Source: Eledone cirrhosa (taxonomy: Eukaryota). Taken from it: a stretch of 64,000 nt of DNA. The position numbers and the translations under genes were made by a program. The notes below the pieces were generated by a model. It was given only the letters and a program-made list of their open reading frames with translations, had not been told where the DNA came from and ran no database searches. Within the stretch, counting starts at the first letter, position 1. The number at the start of each line of letters is the position of its first letter. Positions 13,094 through 32,474 of the stretch are shown here, one piece after another. The DNA lies in the NCBI GenBank assembly GCA_964016885.1, contig OZ024746.1, positions 51,274,001 to 51,338,000 of the forward strand, in the 5' to 3' direction.

Positions 13094-13295
13094 CCATCCA
13101 GACAGCCAGCCATCAAGACAGCCAGCCACCAACCTACCAGCCGACTAACCAGCCATCCAGACAGCCCACCATCCAACAAGCCAGCAAGCCAACCATCCAT
13201 CCAGACACCCAACAAGCCAGCCAGCGAACCATCCATCCAGCCAGACAGCCACTAACCAACCAGCCGACTAACCAGCCTACCATCCAACCATCCAT
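13091..13295. repeat. Degenerate CCAG/CCAA/CCAT tetranucleotide repeat
   Basis: cagccagcc, ccaacc and ccatcc runs. Confidence 0.8.
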
Positions 13296-13488
13296 TTCTA
13301 CGCCGTACGTCAAGCCAGCACCTGCACAGACCTTCCCAAACAATATTATCACACACAATCGTAGCGAGACCACCACTTCCGTCTCTTACGCTGGTCGTTT
13401 CCGCTGGAGTGCTTCAGTCAAAACTCCACCCATTTTAACGTCGTTCCTTCCCACCCAGTCACATTAATCACCGCCACTTACACATGCT

Positions 13489-13489
<1 letters not shown>

Positions 13490-13561
<72 letters not shown>

Positions 13562-15823
13562 ACACATACACACACACACACATACACACACGCACACATG
13601 CGTACACACTCACATACACACATGCGGACACACTCACATACACACATGCGGACACACTCACACACACACATGCGTACACACTCACATACCCATGCGTACA
13701 CACACTCACATACACACATACGTAAACACTCACATACACACATGCGTACACACTCACATACACACATGCGAACACATTCACACACACCCATGCGTCCACA
13801 CTCACATACAGACATGCGGACACACTCACATACACACATGCGAACACACTCACACACACCCATGCGTTCACACTCACATACACACATGCGGACACACTCA
13901 CACACACATGCGTACACACTCACACACACACACATGCGTCCACACAAACATATACACATGTGGACACACTCACATACACACATGCGGACACACTCGCATA
14001 CACATGCGTACACACACTCACATACACACATGCGTACACACTCACACACACATGCGTACACATACTCACCTACACACATGCGGACACACTCACATACACA
14101 CATGCGGACACACTCACACACACACATGCGTACACACTCACATACACATGCGTACACACACTCACATACACACATGTATACACACTCACATATACACATG
14201 CGAACACACTCACACACACCCCATGCGTCCACACTCACATACAAACATGCGGACACACTCACATACACACATGCGTACACATACTCACCTACACACATGC
14301 GTACACACTCACACACACGCATGCGGACACACTCATATACACACATGCGTACACACTCACATCCACACATGCGTACACACTCACATACACACATGCGTCC
14401 ACACTCACACACACACATCCGTACACACTCACATACACACAAGCGTACACACTCACATACACACAAGCGTACACACTCACATACACATGAATACGCACAT
14501 TCACATACACACATGCGGATACAATCACATACACACATGCGTCCACACTCACATACACACATGCATACCCACTCACACACACACATGCGCCAACACTCAC
14601 ATAGACACATGCAGACACACTCACGCACACATATGCGGACACACTCACACACACACATACAGTCACATACACACATGCGGACACACACGCTTACACACAT
14701 GCGGACACACTCACATAAACACATGCGGACACACTCACGCACACACATTCGTCCGCACTCACATACACACATGCGGACACACTCACACACACATACAGAC
14801 ACACGCCCATGCGGACACACTCACAAACACACATACAATCACACACACACATGCGGACACACACATGCGGACACACTCACAAACACACATGCGGACACAC
14901 TCACGCACACACCTGCGGACACACTCACATACACACATGCATCCACACTCACTCACACACATGCGGATACACTCACATATACACATGCGTACACACTCAC
15001 GCACACACATGCGTCCACACTCACATACACACATGCGTACACACTCACATACACACATGCGGACGAATTCACATACACACATGCGTACACACTCACATAC
15101 ACACTCACACAAATACACATGCGTACACACACTCACACACACACATGCGTCCACACTCACACACACATACGGACACACTCACACACACATGCGTCCACAC
15201 TCACACACTCACATGCGTACACACTCACACACACATGCGTACACACTCACATACAGACATGCGGACACAGGTGCACACATGGATACAGACAGATAGACAT
15301 ACAGTTAGAGAGACTGATATACCGATAGACATACAGACATACATTCAAAGAATAACCCCAAATCCCCCAGAACATTCTCACACACACACACACACACACA
15401 CATACACACACACACAGACGCACACACACATACACACATACACACACAGACACAGACACACACACACACATACCCAGACACACACACACACACACACACA
15501 CAGACACAGACACACAGACACACACAGACACATAGGCACACACAGACACACACACAGACACACACACACACACGGACATACACACACACACACACACAGA
15601 CACACATACACAGACAAACAGACACAGACACACAGACACACAAACATACAGACACACACATACACACATACACACAGACACACACTGACACACACACATA
15701 CATACAGACACAGAGACACACGGACGCACGCATGCACACACACACATACGCGCGCACAGACAAAGGTTAACACCGTAAATCCCTAAAACGCTTACAGACA
15801 TACACATACACACACACACACAG

Positions 15824-15856
<33 letters not shown>

Positions 15857-15950
15857 AATACTCATACACACATACACACACACACAGAGGAACATAAATA
15901 CACACACGCACACACACAGACGCACGCAAACACAGACACGCACACAGACA
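13490..15950. repeat. (CA)n-derived ~24 bp minisatellite (CACACTCACATACACACATGCGKA)n and flanking CA-rich tracts
   Basis: Unit directly visible over ~13600-15270 and responsible for the HSHTHMRT repeat ORFs. Confidence 0.9.
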
Positions 15951-15980
15951 TGCAAAGCTTAAAACTCCGTATCCCTAAAA

Positions 15981-16049
<69 letters not shown>

Positions 16050-16277
16050 ATACAAACACACCCACAAACACACAGACAGACAGATGTACACACACACAGC
16101 CACAGAGACACCCCAAACATATTCTTACTCTGATTGCCTAGAAGACTGAGACAGAGGCTACCTTACTCTGTATACCAGAATCCTTAGAAGCCCACAGAAC
16201 ACCGCCATTTCCTGAAATCACCTACAGACATAGACATACACACACGCACACAAAGCCCATCCCGTATAAATATTTTA

Positions 16278-16331
<54 letters not shown>

Positions 16332-16430
16332 CACATACGTATACACACACACACACACACATATATATATGCATACGTATACACAGACAGACAGACACAC
16401 CACATATATATATATAAATACATATATATG

Positions 16431-16490
<60 letters not shown>

Positions 16491-16493
<3 letters not shown>

Positions 16494-16657
16494 CGAAGGA
16501 AATGTGGTAAGGAACCAGGTGGACAATAACGCACCAAAGTACTCAATACTTAGGGTAGTAGAGTGGGTAATAGGAACAAGTAGGACAACAAGGCGAATTC
16601 TGTCCAGAATTAGCCGTCGAAACGGCTTGAGCTCAGCCGTCGGGGTCCTACTCGTTC
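16491..16657. mobile_element. Family A PLE-like terminal fragment in inverted arrangement, with the 3' half of a hammerhead
   Basis: GAAA-CGGC ttgagctca GCCG-TC-GGGGTC at 16619-16647, with the inverted tail GTGGTAAGGAACCAGGTGGAC...GTAGAGTGGGTAATAGGAA. Other copies at ~24633-24945, ~31655-31932, ~40958-41035 and ~41260-41365, all next to (TA)n. Confidence 0.6.
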
Positions 16658-16658
16658 C

Positions 16659-16709
<51 letters not shown>

Positions 16710-16976
16710 GTATATATATGTATATACATACGTATATATATATGTATGTATATATATATGTATATATATGTATATACATACATATATATATATGTATGTA
16801 TATATATATATTTGTATATATATGTATATACATACATATATATATATATATGTATGTATATATATATATGTGTATATATATATATGTATATATATATATG
16901 TATATATGTATATATGTATATATATATATATGTATATGTATATATATATATATGAATATATATATATATATATGTG

Positions 16977-17010
<34 letters not shown>

Positions 17011-17037
17011 TATGTATATGTATATATATATATATGA

Positions 17038-17105
<68 letters not shown>

Positions 17106-17128
17106 GTATATATATACATGTATATATG

Positions 17129-17174
<46 letters not shown>

Positions 17175-17424
17175 TATATATACACACACACATACAGACA
17201 TATATATACACCCAAATACCCATATATACACACACGAGGTACTCTACCCTAGAATTCTCAGAACACTCAGAGACATATACAAACACAAACACGGTTTATC
17301 CACCTCATATAGCTAGGCAACTTACACACACACACACACATACACATATATTAATAAATACATTTACATATATATATACATACATAGATACATACATATA
17401 CATATCTATATATCTATCTATCTA

Positions 17425-17484
<60 letters not shown>

Positions 17485-17668
17485 CACACAGACATATATA
17501 TATATACACTTTGGCTACTATGCATTTACCTACCCGTACTTGTAAGTTCTAGCCTCCACCCTCATCTTTCCATCTGTTAATGCAGTGAAGCAGAAAGATA
17601 GACAATCTCTGGTTTTCAGCTGCAGGATAGATTTTTTATTTGGATTGTTACACATGTATATTGGATTG

Positions 17669-17731
<63 letters not shown>

Positions 17732-17738
17732 CATTTGT

Positions 17739-17812
<74 letters not shown>

Positions 17813-17870
17813 TTACATATATACGTATGCATGCATGCATACACATATGGTTATATGGCTACACACACAT

Positions 17871-17901
<31 letters not shown>

Positions 17902-18101
17902 CATATAATGATTAAACCACCATTAAACTAATAGGACCATCGGGGCTGGCTCGACGGTTGTGCTCTTGCCGTTACGGCAGCTAATTCCTGACTAGCAGTG
18001 GTGGTATAATGTGCTGAGATAACTGGTAAGGTAACATATAATAATACGATGAGAGAAAGGCGGGGGCGGATTTCACTTTTCTGTTACCGTTGTATTATTC
18101 G

Positions 18102-18172
18102 CAATCTTTTCCCCTGAAGATAGAAAATTGTCCGAAACGTTAGAGTGTTCATTCCTCACAGGAAATCGATTG
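18102..18172 (+). ncRNA. Degenerate minimal hammerhead
   Basis: CCC-CTGAAGA-T-agaaaattgtcc-GAAACGTTA-GAG. Distal pairing CAATC..TTTCC / GGAAA..GATTG. Stems I and II contain mismatches. Confidence 0.5.
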
Positions 18173-18856
18173 TATATATAAATATATTGTCAAAAGACTA
18201 TCGCCATCTGTTTTTCCTCTGGTTGTGGGTCTAATCTGATATGGATAGATAACTATATATATATATATATTAACATTAAATTTTGTTCTGGTACTTACAT
18301 AGAGCACTCTTCACTCCTATGACTTTTTCAATTTTCAACGGAAACTTCAATACATATATATATATATACATATATCGCATTTCGGCTATTGGAAATTAGC
18401 GAAAAATAACTTTCGAGATGTGTGGCAAGCGCTGCATAGAAACGAGTGAACTGGAGCAACAACATACGTTAAAAGGCCAAACACACTGAGACGATGGTTA
18501 AACCATTATCCGCAAAGCCATAGAAACGACCAGGCTATTCGTGTCAAACAAATAATAAAATATGATTGAAAATTATACCCGGAGCCCTGGAAACGGTGGT
18601 AAAATCCAAAATGGGGTTTCTGCAACTCCTAAATCAGGTACTGTCCGCTTAAACAAATAATTGTTTCTACTTTTGGCACAAGGCCAGCAATTAGCCAGTA
18701 CATTACTGGTACTTTATTTTATCGACCCCGTAAGGATGAAAGGCAAAGTTGACCTCGGCGGGATTTGAACTCAGAATGACAAATAATGTTAAGCTTATGG
18801 TATGATGATCGAACAAGGAAGTCACTTTTTCAACAGGCATTTAGTTCTATGCAAAG

Positions 18857-18892
<36 letters not shown>

Positions 18893-19356
18893 AGAGAGGG
18901 GGGGGGGGGAGCGATAGATAACTGTATAAACAGATAGTTAAATAGATAAAGAGAAAAGTAGATAGCTAGACAATTTGATAAATATATATATAATTTACAT
19001 ATTTACATTGTAAATGTGAAGAAAGGCAGATAGACTGATAAATAGATAGACACATATAGATGTATAGATAGATGTATAAATAGATAAATAGATGGATAGA
19101 TAGATGGAGAGATAAGAAGGTAAATAGATAAGTTGGTGGATAAATAAATGAATAGGAGAGGTAGATGGATAGATAGCTTGAGATCTGCATCCTGTAGATT
19201 TATTCCAAGAAAACAATGGGTTTTCATTGCTTCAAAGATAGATTGATACGTAGATATGTAGATAAGTTGATAGATAGATAGATAGATAGATAGTTAGTCA
19301 AAACCCTAAAATATTCAGATAGCTAGGTAGATAAATAGATATACTGATACATAAAA

Positions 19357-20023
19357 GTTTCTGATTAAGGCACAAGGCCAGCAATTTTCTGGGATTGAAA
19401 GTCGATTAAATCGACCCCAGTTCGTCACTGGTGTTTTATTTTATTGACCCTGTCAGGATGAAAGGGAAAGCTAACCTCAGCAGGATCTGAACTCAGAAGG
19501 TAAATGGACGTAACTCTATGCCTTGATGCATGGTGTCCGACGCTTTACTGATGCTGCCAGTCCACCGTCCTGATATATAGATACAGAATGGCTATATATA
19601 CAGTTACGAAAACTGTAACCAAATACACCTATGATAATTGTTTCTACTTTTGGCACAAGGCCAGCAATTATCCCAGTTTATTACTGGAACTTTATTTTAT
19701 CGACCTCGTAAGGATGAAAGGCAAAGTTAACCTCGGCGGGATTTGAACTCATATCATAAAGGGCCGTAACTCTATGCTGCAAAGCATGGCGTCCGAACCT
19801 CTACCTATACTGCCAATCCACCGCTAATAATAATTGTTTCTACTTTTGGCACAAGGCCAGCAATTATCCCAGTGTATTACTGGTACTTTATTTTATCGAG
19901 CTCGTAAGGATGAAATGCAAAGTTAACCTCGGCGGAATTTGAACTCAGACCGAAAAGGGGACGTAACTTTATGCTGCAAAGCATGGAGTCCGACTCTCTA
20001 CTGATACTGCCAATCCACCGCCC
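19357..20023 (-). mobile_element. Three copies of the tRNA-derived SINE (further partial copies at ~6250-6312 and ~18657-18777)
   Basis: Reverse complement of the SINE consensus: ATAATTGTTTCTACTTTTGGCACAAGGCC...GCCAATCCACCGCCC. Confidence 0.85.
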
Positions 20024-20134
20024 TATGATAAGAAGGATTTATGACATAGAAAGGTCACACATTTTTGATGAGATCGACTAAATCAACATCAGTACATATT
20101 ACTTGTCATATGTAGTGGAATTGATTCAGTTGAC

Positions 20135-20668
20135 TACTCTGGGTCTCGAATAATCGTCCCCCACCCCGCACTTATTACTTTTTCAGATTTTTTCCAACCC
20201 CCGATCTTATTCCCCCACCTCCCGCTTATTAAATTTTGCTAATCTATCTCCAGCGAAATTTTATTTTAATTTTCTTTATACATAACAAAAGAAAGTGCAT
20301 CATTAAAAATATTGCCAGTATCGGTAGAGGCTCGGACGCCATGCTTTACAGCATAGAGTTACGGCCCTTTATGGTCTGAGTTCAAATTCCGCCGAGGTTA
20401 ACTTTGCCTTTCATCCTTACGGGGTCGATAAAATAAAGTACCAGTAATGCATTGGGATAATTGCTGGCCTTGTGCCAAAAGTAGAAACAATTATTAGAAA
20501 TCCCATATGTTATACAATAAATATAGGATGTGTTGGGGGTCTTAATATGTAAACTAGACAACTAATTCTGGTTTTAAAAAATCAACAGAGGCAACCATGA
20601 AAAATTACCGATTTTCCAACCCCTCCTCCGCTTATTCCACTCCCCCTAATATTTGGGAACCGAGAGTA
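20135..20668. mobile_element. TA-flanked MITE interrupted by a SINE (20312-20495, +)
   Basis: TIR-like TACTCTGGGTCTCGAATA ... TATTTGGGAACCGAGAGTA and internal CCCCGCTTATT repeats. Confidence 0.55.
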
Positions 20669-21098
20669 CACCACGAGACCATCGAGCATGGCTCCCAAAC
20701 TAATAAATCCTACATTCCTCTCGGAAATTCGACAAACCCGGCGTTCCTATGAGCCAGACGTAACTAGACATATTTTGTCAAGGAAAACATATACGATATT
20801 CCCCCCCCCCCCCCCCCAAAAAAAAAAACCATGGGAGCCTTTAATTATATATTTTATACATAACTACCTTTAATTTAACAAAAGATTCTTTTACAGAAAA
20901 ATGTACTTTTCCATTTATTTTTTTACTGGTTTCAGTGATTAGACGGCAGTCATGCTGGGGTACAACCTTTAAGAGATTTAGTCGATCGTATCGACTCTAT
21001 TACTTATTTTCTTTTAACGTCTCGTACTTATTTTATCGATCTTATTTTGTCGAACCACTAGGTTGCGAGACATTAAAAATCAATAAACGTAAACACAG

Positions 21099-21133
<35 letters not shown>

Positions 21134-21784
21134 TATACATATATATAATAGACGTCTGTAAAGTTTCCGTTTACCTAATTTCACTCACAAAGACATTGCC
21201 CAATTCTCACGAAATGAGAATGAGCCCGTAAAGTATTAGATACTAATTTTTATTAAGTTTTGTTGAGAACACTTTATCTCACAGAAACTTCAAGTTCCTC
21301 GGAACCATCTTTAGGGTCGCATGAGATATGGCTCATCATCAGGCGGGTCGCAAGCGCTAATTTACATTCGTGCCCACATAAAAAATGGCGGTAATTAGGG
21401 TTGTTTTGATTTGTATCTTCAGGATTCGTACACCTTGTTTTCCTCGATCGTAAAAATTATAGAAAGATAAATTGCGACTGAAAAGTTCGGGTAAAAAAAT
21501 CAGAAAGATTTCACTAAGGTGACTTAGGCGAGCCATTCAGAAAGATTCGTGGGCCGCAGGTTGCCTATGACTGGTATAGACAATCACCAACTTCATCAGA
21601 TTCCACTTGCTAAGTTACTTTATTCATCGAGACCGAAGGTATGAACGATAAAGAGCTCAACCCTATCACTATCATATTTCTAACGAAAGAAAGGGTAAAT
21701 TATTTTGAAATCATTATGAAAGTAATCAAGAATTTAGAAGGGTTTAGCTATTTAACTAAGTTTCTCATTATTAAATTAGTGCTT

Positions 21785-21985
21785 AGGGCGGTGGATTGGC
21801 AGTATCGGTAGAGGGTCAGACGCAATGTTTTGCAGCATGGAGTTATGGCCCTTTACGTTCTGAGTTTAAAACCCGCCGAGGCTAACTTTACCTTTCATCC
21901 TTACGGGGTCGATAAAATAAAGTACCAGTAATCGACTTCTCCCTCCCCAAAATTGCAGGCCTTGTGCCTATATAAGAAACTATTA
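21785..21985 (+). mobile_element. tRNA-derived SINE copy
   Basis: Full consensus match starting AGGGCGGTGGATTGGCAGTATCGGTAGAG. Confidence 0.85.
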
Positions 21986-22883
21986 TAAAACTGGTATTTG
22001 AAACATAAAATTGGGATTTGAAGATTTTAGATAAAGATAAATATTTCAAAATAAATAACTTCGTATCATAGTACCATGGGCAGTTTCAGGCGGTTTGATA
22101 TCAAAAGTGTAACTGAATACTGATTACAACGATGTACCAGAGTAAATCGATGACAGATATTGGTCAAACGAACTGATATTAAATAAATGAAAGATATTAA
22201 AGATAAAATTATTTGAAACATCATACATCGTGATAACACCATAGCACCACTGTGTGAATGAATTTTAACATTTCCGTGCAGTACAGACAATCACATCGTC
22301 CACGCTCGTCATCATATCTAGTTTCTTTTGGGCGGGTTCTGTAGCATGCAAGAGGACTATATTTTATATTTAAACTGGACAGATGTAAACATCCTTAAAT
22401 ATAGAACACATGTAGTGGATAGAGGTAAACATGTTTAAATATAGAACGTATTTACACTACTGTAAATTCGTTAAAATATAGAAATATATGTACATTGATG
22501 TATATAAGTTTAAATTTAGAACACATTTACTGTTTAGTGTTGTGGACACATTCATATTAATGGAAGCAAATTTACATGTTGATTATTTAATTAATTAATT
22601 CGTCATTGAGCCACACCGTGAATGGTTGCCAAAAACATATATATATTTATCTATGGCTCTGTCTAGTTTATGTATATCTAAATCTCTATATTTTATATAC
22701 TCCCGTAAGGTTGAGTAAAACTTTAGGCAGTATTCGGCTGCGCTTTCTAGCAACCAGCCTAGTCGCCGTCAGGCACCAATCACAAGCTATCTGACTTGAC
22801 CACTGGCCATGTGACAATTCTTAGCCATTTTGAATTCGTTTCTGGCGGGGATCATTTAAGAAAAATCTTTGTCCAATTGAGTT

Positions 22884-22968
22884 TGTTTCCTGATGATTTC
22901 GAAACTCATTGATTTATCCATGATCGGATATTTCCAAAAAGCGAATGAAACTACCGGGGGTAGAAACA
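22884..22968 (+). ncRNA. Type I hammerhead ribozyme with intact core and large stem II insert
   Basis: TGTTTC-CTGATGA-tTTCG...CGAAt-GAAA-ctaccggggg-TA-GAAACA. Perfect 6 bp stem I. Downstream sequence is homologous to 32915-33150. Confidence 0.75.
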
Positions 22969-23495
22969 TGTTTTTGGTATGTTTATGTACATTTTTTCTT
23001 CTAACTTTGATTTTGTACCTAATTGTGTATGGTTAACTATATGCCTAGTCAATTTCTACGGGCTATTAGAAATACTAGGTAAATCTTCTGTGGCTGTGGA
23101 TCGCGGATAAAATAGCTATCATTTATTTATCTATTGTTTCTTCATAAGTGCATTTTAAACTTATAGCCTCGTTTAATTGATTTTTTTAACGGTTGATTAT
23201 GCTTGTTTGTGTCTGGCTGGTTCGTCTTCAGATTTGATGTGATTTTTGTTGCGTTAACACTGGTCTGAGGATCAGGCAGACTTGGAGTCTGGTCTGGGAT
23301 GATGCCACCAGATCACGAGCCGGCTACGTAACTGGGTTGAGCAATAAACATTTCTAACTGGGTTCAACAATAAATCTCATATGTAACACTTTTACTTTGT
23401 TCTTATTATATACACTCTCCTCTGTATCGAGTGCTGACATTGGTACTTTCACCAGTTTTCTCAGGATTTACTGAACATTTTGCCCCCCCCCCCCC

Positions 23496-23541
<46 letters not shown>

Positions 23542-23700
23542 GGTAATTGCGAAGAAAAAGCAAAGGAAAAAGAGTGCTCTCTGTATAGAACAGAGCTATT
23601 TAATTAGAAAGTGAACAACACAAAATATAACTACTCCATTACCAAAGGGTTCTGGATCCCAGACAGAGATAATATCTCTGTCTGACGACCGATCCAGACG

Positions 23701-23732
<32 letters not shown>

Positions 23733-24518
23733 CCTATCAGAAGCAACAGTCCCCATTTGATCTAGCTGAATCCCCAAGTAACACAAATCGAGTTCACGGA
23801 TGTCATCCAACTATCTTATTGATTTTTTTTCCTCTAAAATCTGTTCAGCGATTCTTTCCTTAGACATTTTAACTACATGCTCCTAGTACCGGAACTGTGA
23901 TCTCTCGATCTGGAGATGTAGTGGAACTACGTAGAGCGACTTCCTGATCTCTGAGCTATCGGGAAACGTTACTGCAAAGCCTCCTTGAAGGAACCCCATT
24001 TCATCTGCTTGTTTTCGCGATCGTATTCTTTCGGTTATTGTCCAAGATTCATGAATATAGTTAAAGATATGTACGTTATATATATTCCAATGACAATCAT
24101 GGCTTACAATCAGATTTTATCAGACTGAGTAAATATTGGCATGCTCCGCTTATCTGAGTTACAAGCAGTAAGTGCTTCACTCATCTACACTGACAGATCA
24201 TGAATGTATTTTCATCAGACAGCAAAAATTAATGCTTTTGCTTTAGAGCGAACAACGAAAGCAAAAGCATAATTTATTTTCGTCCGCTCCCTTCCATCCA
24301 TAATTGCCTCGGAAGCGTTACCTTTTACTCAATTTTGCTGTCTGATGAAATCACGATATTGATCGTCATTGAAATAGGGATAATGGCTCTATTAATAAAG
24401 GACTCTTTAACATCTACAACTTCGCATTTTCCTCTTTATAAATGAACTCCGCCCTCCTTATTTTGAAGACGTATTATAACGTCGAGTGTTTGAATTGTAT
24501 TGCATCCTTATCTACCGA

Positions 24519-24634
<116 letters not shown>

Positions 24635-25135
24635 AACAAAGAGGGGACGGTAAGATACCTGGTGGACCATAACGCACCAGAGTTCTCGATACTTGGAATA
24701 GTAGAGTGGGTAATATGAATACCCGCAACGGCCGAAGCTCAGCCGTCGAGGTCCTGAATGTTTTCATGTATAGATACACACACATGCACTATATATATAT
24801 ATATGTGAAAAGAGTCAGGACCCCGACGGCTGAGCTCCGGCCGTTTCGACAGCTAGGTCAAAACATAGGTCAAAACGTAGCTGTCGAAACCGCGGAGCTC
24901 AGCCGTCGGGGTCCTGACTCTTTTCCTATTACCCACTCTACTATCCAGTATCGATATATATATATGCATATACATGTATACATATATATATATACATACA
25001 TATATATAAATATATATATATGTATATATACACATACACATATATATATATAAATATATATATATGTATATATACACATACACACACACATATATATATA
25101 TATATATACATATATAAATATATATATATACAGTA

Positions 25136-25234
<99 letters not shown>

Positions 25235-25248
25235 TATATATATATACA

Positions 25249-25298
<50 letters not shown>

Positions 25299-25403
25299 AT
25301 ATATATATATATATATATATACAGTAAAGTGTTGAGTGCTCTAAAAAATCAGTTATAAACATTTAGGTTTGTCTGACATCCAACAAATTAAATACCACTT
25401 CTA

Positions 25404-25512
<109 letters not shown>

Positions 25513-25678
25513 GATATTAAGATTTCGAAAATATAACGGTTGACATTTGATATTTCTAGGCATATCATGTTTATATCTAATTGTCTAGTCAAGCGTTAAC
25601 ATTCTAGAATCACCTTATATATAAGACTTGTGATCAAAAATGTACATTACCTTTCTAAGCCTGTAATTTATAAAATCA

Positions 25679-28627
<2,949 letters not shown>

Positions 28628-29034
28628 GGGAGAGATGACCCCTTAGCCTTTGTCAAGGCAGAATTCTAGGAGAAGGAAAACTCTGATATAACACCTGCAA
28701 CCCTGATGGTATCAAATGATATTGACTAGTTCTTCTTTTTGGTAAATATCATCTTGGTTAAGAGAGTGGGACTGGCTTTGTGCAGTGCCTTTGCTCACTA
28801 TAAAAGCTTCACGGCACAGGCATTACTTTATATCTGGAGATCTCTCTGCACTTGTCGTCACATGGTATCATGAGCCCAGCATTATGTGTCAATAATTGTC
28901 ACAAGTGTAGTGTCTGTACCAGAGTTTTCAAGTCGCTGGCTGGACTAAAAAGTGACACTCGTTCAGCGCATCGGCAGGACTTCTCCTACATGGATGTAAA
29001 GTAGTGGCCGTACTCGAAAACTAGTTGGCAGCCA

Positions 29035-29138
<104 letters not shown>

Positions 29139-29234
29139 GCATATACATGTATATATATGTATATATATATATATATATATGCATATACATGTATATATAT
29201 ATGTATATATATATATATATATGCATATACATGT

Positions 29235-29374
<140 letters not shown>

Positions 29375-29378
29375 GTAT

Positions 29379-29410
<32 letters not shown>

Positions 29411-29589
29411 ATGCATATACATGTATACATATATATATACATACATATATATAAATATATATATATGTATATATACACATACATATATATATACATATAT
29501 AAATATATATATATACAGTATATATATATGTATACATATATATATATACATATACATATACATATATATATACACATATATACATATAT

Positions 29590-29815
<226 letters not shown>

Positions 29816-30099
29816 AAAACTTTTATACTCTGCAATGTATTGAGTACCTTACTTACTGTGGTTACCTCCGATTCAATCCGGAATAACGTATATATATATA
29901 TATATATAAAATAAATCATATGATACCAGTTCCTCAGAGAAATAACAACCCAACCAGGAGCTGGACATGTCGGAGTATTGACGGAGTAACACACTTCAAC
30001 AACATGTGTACCTGTATATATATATAGATAGATATAATATATAATATATATATATATATGTGTGTGTGTGCATAAATAAATAAATATATATATATATAT

Positions 30100-30775
<676 letters not shown>

Positions 30776-30785
30776 AGTATGTATG

Positions 30786-30816
<31 letters not shown>

Positions 30817-30831
30817 GTTTGTGTGTAAATA

Positions 30832-31035
<204 letters not shown>

Positions 31036-31567
31036 TACAACAACAGAGATAGTTTAAAGCTAAACTCTGACTGGTAACCATCTCACTCAACAACCATTAG
31101 GTTATATTTAAATATAAACCCAATTTAAGTGTTTGGGGTGCTAACAATATGTATAATGTGGAAAAACCAGTTGTATTATTTTATGAGATATAATTAAAGT
31201 TAAAGTATATCTCTCTTTCCAAACAATTGTTTCATTATAAGTTTTCTACAAGTTGGGAGAATATTTCCAGTTTATGTAGAAGCCTAATATATATTCATGT
31301 TAGAATATATTTAGGTGGGCGCTTATAAATCATCAGTGGAAGCCCATTAAACTTTGATATAAGAAAGAAATTCTTACCGCAGTCAAAAATCGTGTCTGTT
31401 AAGTTGCTCCTTCCCGCATCGAATGACCGCCAAATTTAAAACTTCAGCAGTTTTTGACTGAGGAAGTATCATAGCGACACGAAGCGGGAAGGGGAGACAA
31501 CTACGATCCACGAAAGGAGGAAAAAAAATAATATACACGCGGGTTAATTAGTTGTTTCGAAAACATT

Positions 31568-31655
<88 letters not shown>

Positions 31656-32276
31656 GCTGTCAAAACGGCCGGGAGCTCAGCTGTCGAAACGGCGGGAGCT
31701 CAGCCCTCGGGGACCTGACTCTTTTCCTATATATATATAACGAGGGAATTGTGGTAAGGAACCAGGTGGACCATAACGCACCAGAGTACTCAATACTTAG
31801 GGTAGTAGAGTGGGTGATAGGAAAAGGTATGACCCCGACGGCAGAGCTCAAGCCGTTTCGACGGCTATTTGAGTCCTGAAATAGCCGTCGAATCGGCTTG
31901 AGCTCTGCCGTCGGGGTCATACCTTTTCCTATATATACATATATATATAAATTTTGTGTATATGTTGGTTGTTTACCGACACATCAGTATGCAGATTGGA
32001 GCACTCGACGAAGTACGCAGGTTGGTTTGGTTACTCCGGAGTAATGTAAAATAAAATAATTAAGTCAAATATTTAAAATTTGGCTTCGTTTATTAATGGT
32101 GTACTGCTATATATATTTCGGTGACAACCATCCTTGGCTCTCACCTTTTCAGGCAGTCCGAATTGGTGTGATAGAGACAGGTACACATGTTGTTGATGTG
32201 TTTTACTCCGTCAAAACTCCGACATGTCCAGCTCCTGGTTGGGTTGTTATTTCTCTGAGGAACTGGAATCTTATGA

Positions 32277-32326
<50 letters not shown>

Positions 32327-32474
32327 TCATATATATATATGTATATGTATATATATATGTATATATATATATATAAAGATTTACCTATACATAAAGTCAT
32401 AGATATATATGTGGCAACCGGTCACTTTGTGGCTCAATGAAGAATTAATAAATTAAATAATCACAGCAATATAT

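Noticed and set aside
13600-15270. CRISPR-like periodicity
   Set aside because: Contiguous degenerate units with no unique spacers and no cas genes, in a eukaryotic context
13468-15955. Long His/Thr- or Cys/Val-rich ORFs up to 614 aa
   Set aside because: They are translations of a CA-derived minisatellite that is stop-poor in several frames on both strands
21330-21610. CTGATGA matches on the minus strand (~21336, ~21593)
   Set aside because: No properly placed GAAA or stems
23259-23312. CTGGT-CTGAGGA-hairpin...ACCAG, a possible second HHR downstream of 22884
   Set aside because: The GAAA half of the core is absent; too decayed to call
32177-32285. CTGAGGA followed by (TA)n, with an inverted relative at ~29905-30015
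   Set aside because: Only the 5' half of a core is present, so it cannot be supported as a ribozyme
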